A stretch of DNA of 64,000 nt from Octopus sinensis (Eukaryota), in the NCBI RefSeq assembly GCF_006345805.1, contig NC_043007.1, positions 54,994,001 to 55,058,000 on the forward strand. Direction: 5' to 3'. Shown piece after piece: positions 52,271 through 64,000 of this stretch; within the stretch, counting starts at the first letter, position 1, and every line of letters starts with the position of its first letter. The notes under the pieces were generated by a model. That model made no database searches. It was given only the letters and a program-made list of their open reading frames with translations, and was not told where the DNA came from. The position numbers and the translations under genes were made by a program.

Positions 52271-55200
52271 GGGACATGGCTAAAAGAATAATTTTAGGAA
52301 ATCTTTGATGAGTCAAGAGTGAAGCGCATATGCTGCCAGGAGTGTGAAGGATAGAGGTATTGGATGGTTGCGATGAGGCAGTTGTCGAACGATTAGGTTT
52401 GGAGATGAGAAAGAGATAAAAGGTATTTGTGCATCGATATTGGCTATGTGTGGATGCAGATAGTCGATGCAGATAGTTTAGTAGTGCAAAGGTTCATTTT
52501 CTACACCGGCGTCATCAGTGTGAGATCAGTGAAAGAACCACGATGAGTTGTGAGCAAAGAGGATGATTTAAAGAGAGGAGTGAATTGAGATATTTTGTTT
52601 TCAATACAGAATGGGATATGCTCAAAAAGATGATAGTAGTTCAAGGAATCAATTTTTCCATGTAATTTTACTCCCAGATTTTATGATTAGTTTATTACTT
52701 ATTTTAGAGACAAATAATTTTGTGCTAAGAGTTGAAATGGTGTCAACAGAACATGGCAATCCATGTTCTGTTGACATAATTTCAAAGAAAGCTTTTGAAA
52801 AAAAAAAAGAAGGTTCCATATTGGATTTCCGGGGTCAGACATGGCAGACTTGAGCCTTATACCACTGGATGACTTTTACAAAAGAGAAAAATTTCGAAAT
52901 ACGAGATTTCTGGAAAATGGTACACTGCAAAACAATTTCAGGTAATTACATACTGAAAGTGGACATACATGTCTATTATAATTCCAAAATCCACACATTG
53001 AAAATATTGAAGATATTAGAGGTTTAGTGAAACCCTCAAGTTTGGGCAACTTCCTACTTCGAATGCCCATAAAATCAGAACCATACATAAGAGCTGACGA
53101 GGCACAAAGACTAATTTATTTAGAGAAAATTTCTGGCTATATGAAATACATTAACTGTCAAGTTTGGCTCACTATTAGCTGTTTTATTCCCTTCAGTTTC
53201 ATAGCTCACTTTATACAGCTAATTGGTACAATTCGAAATGAAGTTGGCCTAACATAGCTAGTCTACCATTTATTAGATTTCCTACACATGCAACATCAAA
53301 TTGTATAGCAAATAAATCATTTGTTTACTGTACACTTTTTCTTATGACTCAAATAAAATCCTCTTTATTAACTCATTACAGTCAGATTTTCATGTCGTAA
53401 ATATTAGAGGTTTAAGCTCTTAATGTTTCATTTCTATTGGATTTTATTTTTACATTTATTATAAAATGATTGTTCTCAGAATTAAACAAAAATAAAAGAA
53501 CATTGGCATAGTTTCTTTTGCTTTCATTACTTAGCGCACTCAGTTATTTAAAAAAATTCACTACCTTTCTTCATGTAACGTATCTGACAAGCCATTACCT
53601 GCTTCGTTTATATAGATGTTAGCGTTCATTTGTGAAATCTGTTATTATATTTGGTTTAAGTTAAATAAGTGTTCTTGTCACTACGTTATTGCGTACTAAA
53701 ACAGCAAGATGAAGTTTATTTTGCATAAAATCTCTAGTTTGAAAGGTTCTGTTTCTTTTTATTGGAAAAACACATTTCGTTGTTTACTCCGTTTAAGCAA
53801 AGGTTTTTCTATTGCATGAACGTCACTTAACTTCAGACATAAAATCAAAATTAAACGATGAAATATAACGGAATTAGGCAGGTCAGATCAAGAACCAGAT
53901 TGTTTACAACAAAAATATAATGGGTGCTATAACTGAGAGTACAATCGATGCAAGTGTTGGAAATTTGTAACCTAGCACTCGTACTGTAAAAAGTCCTTAT
54001 GAAAGACACTTATTTTTTTTATTAGATGCAATAGAAAGGTATAATCGGTCCTACAGATTTCAGTGTTATTGATACTAAAAGAATGCAATAAGTCAAAACA
54101 GTGAATCAATAAATCAGATAGCATGCAGTAGCAGGCGTGCCTTTCTACTGAGCATAATCACCTGTAAATTTTTAAGATGTGAACACGCATAGTCTTTTAC
54201 TCGTTTCCTTGCTTCAGGCATTGGAATATGGCCATATTACCACAGTGATTTGTATGAGTTAAAAAAATATAGAGCTTTTTTCCATTACTCACCCAAACCA
54301 CAAAGTGGCGTAAAACATCTAAGCTTATAAGGTAAAGAAATAAAGTTTCTAGTGATGATCATAACGTTCTTATATATTTAAAAAAAGGTGAGAGAAAATC
54401 ACGGCGAAGTCATCAAAACATGATCATGTATGGACACCATGCTTTTATTTCATTTCGTTTTTAACTAATAATAAAAATTACCAGCGATTTATATTTACAT
54501 CATCAAATCCAAATGGACTAAAGAGAAATTTGTTCCAACAGTATTTGCCATAATAAAAATAGACTATAACAAATTTATAATCAATAACAACAATTCTGTC
54601 TCTAAAATTTCGCACCGTTATTCATAGTCTTAATGTATCATTTCATATCATTAACGTCAGTTTATGTGCTGCAGATCGAAAAAGAAGCGATTTATTTATG
54701 AGCACACTGTTATTTAGAGGTTTTCTGGACATGCTCACTTAAATCGCATTGGCTAATGGCACAAAATGTAGTTTTTAAATAATAATTTCGGATTGCGTTT
54801 ATGCCATTTCTTTTATGTATTTTGTTTTACCTGTGATTTCAAAACTTCTTGTTATATTGGACAACTATGAATTAATTGTATAAGTTGGTGATTCATTTGG
54901 TGCATCCAAAAGTTTTTTTTAATTGAAGGAAAACGAAAAAAATTAAATGGAATATTTGATGACCAATAACTGTGAACATTGGTGCAATTTTATACTCCCG
55001 CATTGTCGTCGCATAAACCCCGTGTGACGATGTTAAATGACTTTTGTGAGCGTATGTGAAAATCAGCTCAATAGCAGTAATTTTCCATATAAACTTACAG
55101 AACTGTTTCAGGAAAGGTTAACGCCAATAACTATCACTACAGTCAGAGAGAAAGAAGAGGTGACCGAAAGAGAAGTGAAAGGCAGGTCGGTGAATGCTTA

Positions 55201-55302
55201 GTGGAGGAGGTGACAATTCATTTCTGTCCATATTATGATAGTGTGAGTATTCCTTTTAGTTAACGTTTCAGCAAAATAATATATTCAATCAAAGACGTAG
55301 AC

Positions 55303-55468
55303 GTGGCTCTGAGTTCAGAAGTTTGTTTCTCAACTACATGGTTCTGGGTTTAGTTCCACACGTGGCATCTTGAGCAAACGTCTGCTATACTGTAGTTCCA
55401 GACCGACCAAAGCCTTATAAGTAGATTTGGTAGATGGAAACTGAAAGAAGTCCGTTGTGTGCGCGCGC

Positions 55469-55470
<2 letters not shown>
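55303..55470 (+). mobile_element. SINE family A 5' half
   Basis: CATGGTTCTGGGTTTAGTTCC...GATTTGGTAGATGGAAACTGAAAGAAG. Confidence 0.8.
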
Positions 55471-55511
<41 letters not shown>

Positions 55512-56284
55512 CCGCACCACCGCCCTTTCTCCTTCCACTCACCCCCCCCCCCAACCGCACCCCCTTTCCCCTCCTTTTCCACCCCTCTACTCTACCCCTT
55601 CGTCGGAAGATACTTCGAGCCTTCCCTCGTCTCCAGCTCTATTCCACGACCCACCCCATTTTCCCCAACCCACCCCTGTCCTTCTTCAAACGAGCCCGGA
55701 ATCTACGCGACCTCCTGGTCCGTAGCACCCTCCCTTCTTCCCCCTCGGCCCCACTCGGATCCTTCCCGTGCTCCAGATCCCGCTGCAACACCTGCCCTTT
55801 CATCACCAACACCACTGCTGTCACCGGTTCCAACCAGCGAACTGTACGTATCAGACATTCTTTTACGTGCACCTCGTCTGGACTCATATACTGCATTAAA
55901 TACAACCTCTGCGGAATGCTGTATATAGGACAGACGGTTGTCAGACCGATTCGCCGAACATCTGAGGGATGTTCGTCTACGGTCCAATTCTACCGTTGCA
56001 CGTCACTTCCGCTCGGCCAGCCATTCCCCCGAGGACATCTCGGTGTTTGGTCTTGCCCCACACAACGGCTCTCCACAATCTAGGCTTCACTTGGAGCAAC
56101 GGCTCATATTCCTTCTACAGACTCTAACCCCACACGGACTCAACACAGCCCCCTCCTCTTAGTGACTGCGCTCCACTTCTCCCCACTAGCATCTTTTATT
56201 TTTTATTTATTATTTACTATTTATTATTTATTTTTTATTTTTTATCTTATATTTTTTATTTTTTATTTTTTATAATTGTCCTTA

Positions 56285-58137
56285 TGCAGTCACACACACA
56301 CACACACACATACTCACGTACCCACGAACACACCTAGTCCCAACACACCACACACACACAACGTACATGCACATGTACGCACACATACTTCCACACCTAT
56401 ACACCCCCACCCCCACCCCCCACGCGCACGCACACACACATGCCCGTGCACACACACATGCCCGTGCACACACACCAGGGACAATACTCATACAGATACG
56501 CACACTCCTATAAACACCTAACTGAGACGCACAGATACACGCACGTAAGCGCACACACGCACACAAGCACGCGCATGTACCTTACGCCCACACAACTCCA
56601 AACCCCCCACACGCATACATTCACACACACATAATACATACATAGATAAATTCATACATACATACATACACACACACGCATACATACATACACAAAACAC
56701 ATACATACATACACACACATACATACATACACACATACATACATACACATACACATATGCACACATACATACATTCACACACACATACATACACACACAT
56801 ACACATACATACATACATACACACACATACACACATACACACATACACACATACACACACATACATATACATACATACATACACACATACACACATACAC
56901 GCATACACACATACATACATACATACACACACACATATACACACATGCATAGATACATACATACATACACACATACATATACATACATACACACACATAC
57001 ATATACATACATACGTACACACACGCACATACACACATACACGCATGCACACATACATACATATATACACATACATAGACACATACACACATACATACGC
57101 ACATACATACACACACACACTTACATACATACATACATACACACACACATACATACACACACATATACACACATACATACACACACATACATACACACAC
57201 ATACACACATAGATACATACATACACACATACTAACATACACACACGCATACATATACATACATACACACAACATACACACATACACACATACATACATA
57301 CACACACGCATACATACACACATACATACACAGACACATATATACATACACACACATACATATACATACATACATACAGACACACACATGCACACATACA
57401 CGCATGCACACATACATACATACACATACATACACACACACATACACACACATACACACATACATACACACATACACACACATACACACATACATACACA
57501 CATGCGTACATATACATACATAAATACACATACACATACACACACACTTACACACATACTTACACACATACACACATACATACATACACACACGCATACA
57601 TATACATACATACATACACATACACACACACATACACACATACATACATACACACACATACATACATATATACACACATACATAGATACATACATACACA
57701 GACATACATATACATACATACACACACACATACACACACACGCACGCACACATAAATACATACACACACATACATACACACACACGTACATACATACATA
57801 CGGACATACACACACATATACACACATACACACACACATACACACATACACGCATGCACACATACATACATGCATACACACACACATACATACACTACAT
57901 ACATGCATACACACACACATACATACACTACATACATAGATACATACATACACATACATACATATACATACATACGTACACACACGCACATACACACATA
58001 CACGCATGCATAAATACATACATACACACATACATACATACATACATACATAAATACACACACACACTTACACACATACACACACATACATACATACGTA
58101 CGTACATACATACATACACACATATACATACACACGC

Positions 58138-58168
<31 letters not shown>

Positions 58169-59430
58169 CACATACACACACATACATACATACATACACA
58201 CACGCATACATACATACACATACACAGACATACACACATACACGCATACATACACACACACATACATACATACATACATAGATACATACATACACACACC
58301 CGCACATACATATACATACATACATACACATGCACACATACACGCAGGCACACATACATACATACACACACACATAATACACACACATACATACACACAC
58401 ATATACACACATACACACACATACACACACACACACATACATACATATATACATACACACATACACACACATACACACATACATACATACACACATGCAT
58501 ACATATACACACATACACATACACACATACACACATACAAACATACACACATACACATACACACATACACACATACAAACATACACACACACGTACACAC
58601 ATACATACATAGATACATACATACACATACATATACATACATACAGACAGACACACATACACGCATGCACACATACATACATACACATACATACACACTC
58701 ACATACATACACACACACACTTACACACATACACACATACATACATACATACATACACACATATAAACATATAAACACACATATAAGCCTCTACATTGTA
58801 CACACACGCACACATATATACATACATTCACTCGCACGCACGTACACACACACGCACACACACACATTTACATATATATACTATACACGCACACACACAT
58901 ACACACGTACAAAAACACACAAACTCACATACACACCGACATATATACATACACAATATACACCTATCCGCGCACGCACACATACACATAAACACATACA
59001 AACGCACACATACACGCACACACATACACGTACATACATACACACTCACACAAATGAACCCACACATACATCCCTACACACACACACGCACGTAAAAGCA
59101 CACACGCACACATACACTATGTTAAGCACAGTTACTCGCCACACACCCAAACTCTACGCATACACACACGAACACACACATGCACACACACACACACTAC
59201 AAAGAACACACACACATGATACATATACTTACACGCACACACATATACCCCTTTGTTTTTTGACCTGGTTTTGACCTGGCTGGATACAAACAAGTGCCAC
59301 TCCTTTATGACAGCTAGCTTGCCATGCCTATTATTCACCATACATACACACACAGACACACACGCACGCACGCACAAACACACTTGTCATCATTGCACAC
59401 ACATACACACACGCACCCACACACACTCCT
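56285..59430. repeat. Complex (CA/CATA)n low-complexity tract, ~3.1 kb
   Basis: Direct reading. Confidence 0.95.
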
Positions 59431-59557
59431 TGTCTTTGAAACTCTCTTGTTTTTAAAAATCATGATTCATCTACCTCTCAACTTCTGTTCTTTCAACATG
59501 TGATCTCTTGAGCACCACCAGCAAAAATATTTTTTTCCTCTGTCTTCCCTTCTCCTT

Positions 59558-59592
59558 GTTTCCGACGAAGAGCTCCGCTCGAAACGTTAAAC
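59558..59592 (+). ncRNA. Minimal type I hammerhead ribozyme (C4 variant)
   Basis: Stem I GTTT/AAAC; core CCGACGA; stem II GAGC/GCTC; GAAA; palindromic ACGT stem III; GUU cleavage triplet. Confidence 0.7.
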
Positions 59593-59710
59593 CCTCCTTC
59601 CCTTCTTTCCTGAGCGTCAAATAATACTTTAATTGTTCCACGTCCTCGCGTTGCTGTGTTTTTTTCTGTTTTCTTGTTTGGATTAACTATATATATATAT
59701 ATGAATACCT

Positions 59711-60228
59711 ACAAACTAACATATGTTTTTTTTATAAGCGCCGGAATGTTTTCGAACGCAGAGACGCCGTTAAAACAACAGAAACATTGGGTAAATTACC
59801 CTTACAAAGCGGTAAAATTGGTTAACAAACAACCATGAGACTCGAACCACTATCTCTTGATTTGACTCCGGCTAAGTGCTTAACCATTAAGCTAAACTGC
59901 CCGCTGACAAATCAATCCGCTTTATGAACGCTTCTCTGCTTTCGAAAATAAATTGCATATATATGCACATTTCGGGGCTTATAAAAAATGCAAATGTTAG
60001 GTTGTTTATATTGATATACACGTGGCTGCATATTTAGCTTTGAAAGCGTCTCAAAAGGAGATTGAATTGCTAGCGGGTAGTTTAGTTTAATGGTAAAGTA
60101 TTTAGCCTAAGCCATATCAAAAGATATGGGTTCGAGTCCTATAGCTGGTTGCTGACAAATTTTTCCGCTAGGTAAGGGTAATTTACCCAATGTTTATGCT
60201 GTTCTAACGATATTTCTGAGATCGAAAA
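59711..60228. repeat. Palindromic element with two divergent tRNA-like arms
   Basis: Inverted repeat ~59749-59934/60042-60228; A/B boxes TAGTTTAATGG and GGTTCGAGTCC; second inverted repeat 59711-59748/59968-60005. Confidence 0.8.
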
Positions 60229-60260
60229 GGAATTTTCATCTTATTTGTATCAATATATTT

Positions 60261-60596
60261 TTTACTTGCTTTGGTCTAATGACACGCGGCCATGCTGGGG
60301 CACCGTCTTGAAGAATTTTTTGTCGAATGTATCGACTCTAGTACTTATTTCTTAAAAGCCGTACCGCTGAGTTATTGTGTGTGTGTGTGTGTATGTGTGT
60401 GTGTGTGTGTGTGTATGTGTGTGTGTGTGTGTGTGTGTGTATACGACAGGCTTTTTTCAGTTTCTGTCTACCAAATCCACTCACAAGGCTTTAGTTGGCA
60501 TGAGGCAATAGTAGAAGACACTTGGACAAGGTGCCACGCAGTGGGACTGAACTCTGAAACCATATAGTTTCTTACCACTCAGCCGCACCTGCACCT
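60261..60596 (-). mobile_element. SINE family A, deleted copy
   Basis: GCGGCCATGCTGGG...GTGCCACGCAGTGGGACTGAAC...CTGCACC. Confidence 0.85.
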
Positions 60597-60612
60597 ATAA
60601 ATAATAATGCTG

Positions 60613-60675
60613 CTCCTATGCCAGGAATCGGACCCGGGTGGAAACCAGGAATCCCAACCACTAGACCACATGGGA
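60613..60675 (-). pseudogene. tRNA-Glu-derived pseudogene
   Basis: Minus-strand TCCCATGTGGTCTAGTGGTTGGGATTCCTGGTTTCCACCCGGGTCCGATTCCTGGCATAGGA resembles animal tRNA-Glu(TTC), with a ~9-nt deletion of the variable region, altered anticodon (TCC) and altered B box. Confidence 0.8.
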
Positions 60676-61190
60676 TACATATATGTAATATATGTATGTT
60701 TGTATGAATGTTTATGTTTCGTGTTTCATTGTCAATATCTATATAAGAGGTGTCTGGACCCCTAGTTTGCACTGGCATCGAATCGTATAAGTCATAATAT
60801 GAAGACAAATCAAACTGTGATATTTTGGAATCATTAATACGTACAGGTCTGCGTAATATATAATAGGAAACACATGAGTTACGTAAACCTTCCTCAGTTA
60901 AAACATCACAAAATATGAAGGGATTGATGGAAATATTTCAATATATATTGTTAGAGTAGTAAGTCGGCTACTAATTTAAGACGATAGATATGAATATACA
61001 GAAGGATAAAGAAGGGGAACAGAAGGAGAAAGAGAGGGAGTAAGAGAAAGAAAAAGGGTGAGAAAGGAGAGAAGTATATATAAAGTGAGATAGTGGGGAA
61101 GGAGAAGAAGTGAAGATATGCGAGTGAATAATATTGAAAGGAAATTTTTTTTTCTGTGGGTATTTATTCTTTTCTTTTTCACTTGCTTCA

Positions 61191-61234
61191 CTTGTGAGTG
61201 GATTTGGTAGACAGAAACTGAAAAAAGCCTGTCG

Positions 61235-61271
<37 letters not shown>

Positions 61272-61373
61272 ACACACACACACACATACACACACACACA
61301 CACACATACACACACACACACACACACAATAACTCAGCGGTACGGCTTTTAAGAAATAAGTACTAGAGTCGAT
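61191..61373 (+). repeat. Inverted duplication of 60331-60487
   Basis: Identical unique sequence on both sides of the microsatellite, in reverse complement. Confidence 0.9.
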
Positions 61374-61413
61374 ATGACTACAGTCTAATGAGTGAAGCAA
61401 GTGAAAAAGAAAA

Positions 61414-61565
61414 TTTTAGTCAAACAAATCGACCCCAGAACTTATTTTAAAGCCTGGTACTTATTATATCGGCCTCTTTTGCTGAACGGGGTCATAAGCA
61501 CATTATCAAGCGTTAGCAGAGAACATACGCGCGCGCACACACTCATACACACACGATGGGCTTTC
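61414..61565 (-). mobile_element. SINE family A fragment
   Basis: CAAATCGACCCCAGAACTTATT...CTTTTGCTGAAC. Confidence 0.7.
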
Positions 61566-62216
61566 ATGCCAGGTAGCAAAATGCCAACATCATGACTGCT
61601 ACTCAATGCTCTGTGAATATCGTAAAGGCTGTAAGATGTGACAAGAATATCATGAAAGCCAAGTTCCTTCAAACTGTGATGGTCTTTGAATGTATCTCCT
61701 CTAAGGGAGACGTCACATTGCCCGTGTACACCGTAGAAACATTTTGGTCATAAATATTTAAGACGCCTTATTATACAACAATCAACGGTACTATTGACTA
61801 GAATTCTATTAACTGTACAAAACAACTAATCGGAGTTTCAATCTCTTTTGTCATGCAGTTCTCAACCATTCTAAGTATCGTCTCTTTTGATTAAGAACGA
61901 AGAATGCTTGACCAGGACATGTTTTCATTAGCACAATAAGATATTTGTTACGTAATTGACTGTCTACTGCAAATTCCAATACTTTGTGTAATATATTTTA
62001 TCATTTACAGACAAGTATATACATACATACATACATACATACATACATACATACATACATACACACACTCACACACACATATATATATATGCATATGTAT
62101 TCGCACACCCCACACACATACACACGCACATACATGTACACATATACGAGCTATGTGCATAAATTTATAAGTATAGATTACACACACACACATACACACA
62201 CATTCACATAGTCATT

Positions 62217-62850
62217 CACAGACATGGAGGAGGTAAATAGACACCTTTAATTTTCAAAATCTTTTTATTTAATACGCAAAGCGAACAATTGAAATGTAAT
62301 CGATAGGTAGGACTACATACAGTATTTAGTTGACATTCCATTTGCAGTTTTTAATTCAGAAACTCTTTTTAGCATTCAACTGATGAGCTTTGTGAATGTC
62401 TGCCCACTTTTCATGCAACAATCGAAACAATTCATCTTTAGTTTTAGGTTTCTGTCGAGTTTTTCGTATAGCTCTATCTAGTATGCTCCAAAGATTTTCA
62501 ATTCGGTTCATGTCAGGAAGCTTTTTGATCCCATTTTCAGTCAGCCATTGTTGGTTCCTTTTCGCTGTGTGGCATGGATACCCATCTTCCATGAATAAAA
62601 ACTCATTTTTCGTTGTGTTATCGTGTGAATACATCGGAAGAAGTCCTTGCTTATGTATTTCGATGTTTTTCAGAGTTTATGGTTCTAACATATTCGATCA
62701 GCTCAGAACGACCATTGCTGGTGAAAGCTTCCCATACCATCCTCTCAATTTCGATACCATATGACAAAGGCAAGAAATTCTGTCTTCTCTGCAATTCTGA
62801 GCTATTTTTCATTATTTTTTCTAAAAATACTCTAGTAAACACGGTTATAG
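62217..62850 (-). mobile_element. Tc1-like (DD34E) transposon 3' half with TIR
   Basis: FLFMEDGYPCHTAK...PDMNRIENLWSIL; TIR-like CACAGACATG...GTAAATAGACA at 62217. Confidence 0.85.
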
Positions 62851-63231
62851 AACGAGCATACAGATGTAAGAATTGGCAGAAACATACTTTTAGTGCATAT
62901 AAGTAGTCTCTATCATTATATATAGTTTAAACTTTAATTTCCTTTATATTTAACATTCACTATTAATATCCCTACTCTTTCTGTTAGCTACTTATGACGT
63001 TATATCACATAACGTTTTTTTAAACAATATTAATAGCGTTCTGTCTATCGCTATACGAATCCATCATTTTTTGCTAAAATGTCGTATTGACGAGTTTCGT
63101 TTTTTCACTTTCCCGAAGAGAAGATTGCATTGTTTATACCTTTTATTCATTTGAATAGTATCAGTGGAATTTTCGAAACATATGTAGAAAGTAAAAATAC
63201 TTGTTTAAACCTGCGTTAACTCCATTTTTTA

Positions 63232-63386
<155 letters not shown>

Positions 63387-63395
63387 GGGGATGTA

Positions 63396-64000
63396 CACAG
63401 ACATGCAAAAAGTAAATAGACAACTCTAATTTTCAAAATTTCTAATCTACGCGTCTTAATGTTTTCAGCAGTGGAGAATTTACAATGTAATTATTCTTTT
63501 TCATTCCAGGTGCCATCATATTAAACATTTGTGAAGAGTAACCATTCCACGTACAAAAATTTCAGCAGAACTGTCAGATTTTCAAAGAGGTCATATTGTT
63601 GGCCAATCTGAGGCTGGTTTTAGCCAGCAAAATATTGCCGAAAATCTTCAAATTCCTCTTGCTACTGTTAATAGAATCATAGTGCAATTCAAAAGCCAAA
63701 AGCCAAAGAAAAGAATCAACAGTTTCTCGTCCCGGCCAATCTGGGCCCTCGGAAAGGAAGCTTCACTGTTTGAAGAGAATTGTGGGAAATGAACCCCGTT
63801 CGAAGGCTTCTTGCATTGCAAAACAGCTAGAAGTTAGTCCAAGAACGTGTGTTGCATATCTGCATAAGCTTGGGTATTAAGGACGAGCAGCTAGACGAAA
63901 ACCTCTCTTTCAACCAATTAATATCATGAAAAGAAAGAAATGGGCTAAGGAGATGTCAGAAAATCCAGTTCATTTTGGGATAGAGTGATTTTCTCAGATT
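63396..64000 (+). mobile_element. Tc1-like transposon 5' half (runs off the window), pseudogenised
   Basis: TA|CACAGACATGCAAAAAGTAAATAGACA TIR; [15 protein letters not shown]...LATVNRII; AARRKPL; WDRVIFSD; start codon apparently mutated (ATT). Confidence 0.88.

Larger units (their letters stand above)
55508..59690 (+). mobile_element. Neptune-type Penelope-like element, 5'-truncated: zinc-finger linker and GIY-YIG, ~3-kb CA-rich tract, terminal HHR
   Basis: KRARNLRDLLVRS, CSRSRCNTC, FTCTSSGLIYCI...LYIGQT, RFAEHLR, VARHF and LQTLTPHGLN (55508-56162); flanked by (TA)n on both sides. Confidence 0.85.

Noticed and set aside
52600-53260. Short ORFs after an acceptor-like TTTTCAATACAG; LPTSNA reminiscent of hAT transposase
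   Set aside because: Evidence too weak for either an exon or a transposase
56518-59274. Overlapping ORFs of up to 430 aa
   Set aside because: Translations of CA/CATA repeats
60073-60145. Functional tRNA gene
   Set aside because: A and B boxes are present, but no acceptor stem or canonical anticodon arm; treated as a tRNA-derived repeat arm

Overview
This window is eukaryotic (animal), AT-rich, intergenic or intronic DNA, with one 100-N gap at 19601-19700. Most of it is decayed transposable elements and microsatellites, and I find no convincing host protein-coding exon. The SINE families and the density of (TA)n/(CA)n/(CATA)n resemble those of octopus genomes; this is an inference from recalled repeat sequences and has not been verified. 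Retroelements recognised: a nested pile-up at 5.1-15.3 kb (Tx1/L1-like ORF2, an ORF1-only Tx1-like unit, a Gypsy internal region, an R4/Dong-like element and a Penelope tail), a CR1-type LINE, RTE fragments and several Penelope-like elements (PLEs) with hammerhead ribozyme (HHR) motifs. DNA transposons recognised: a full-length decayed Chapaev3-like element, mariner and Tc1 fragments and MITEs. There are also many tRNA-derived SINEs and a tRNA-Glu pseudogene. Three observations stand out. (1) Two different PLE families each carry 2-3 kb of purine-pyrimidine simple sequence between the ORF and the terminal HHR. (2) A ~520-bp palindromic element has two divergent tRNA-like arms and an interleaved second inverted repeat. 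(3) There is a candidate HAL1-like (ORF1-only) Tx1 derivative. Most long ORFs in the supplied track are translated microsatellites. Boundaries were read by eye and are approximate unless a motif is quoted.
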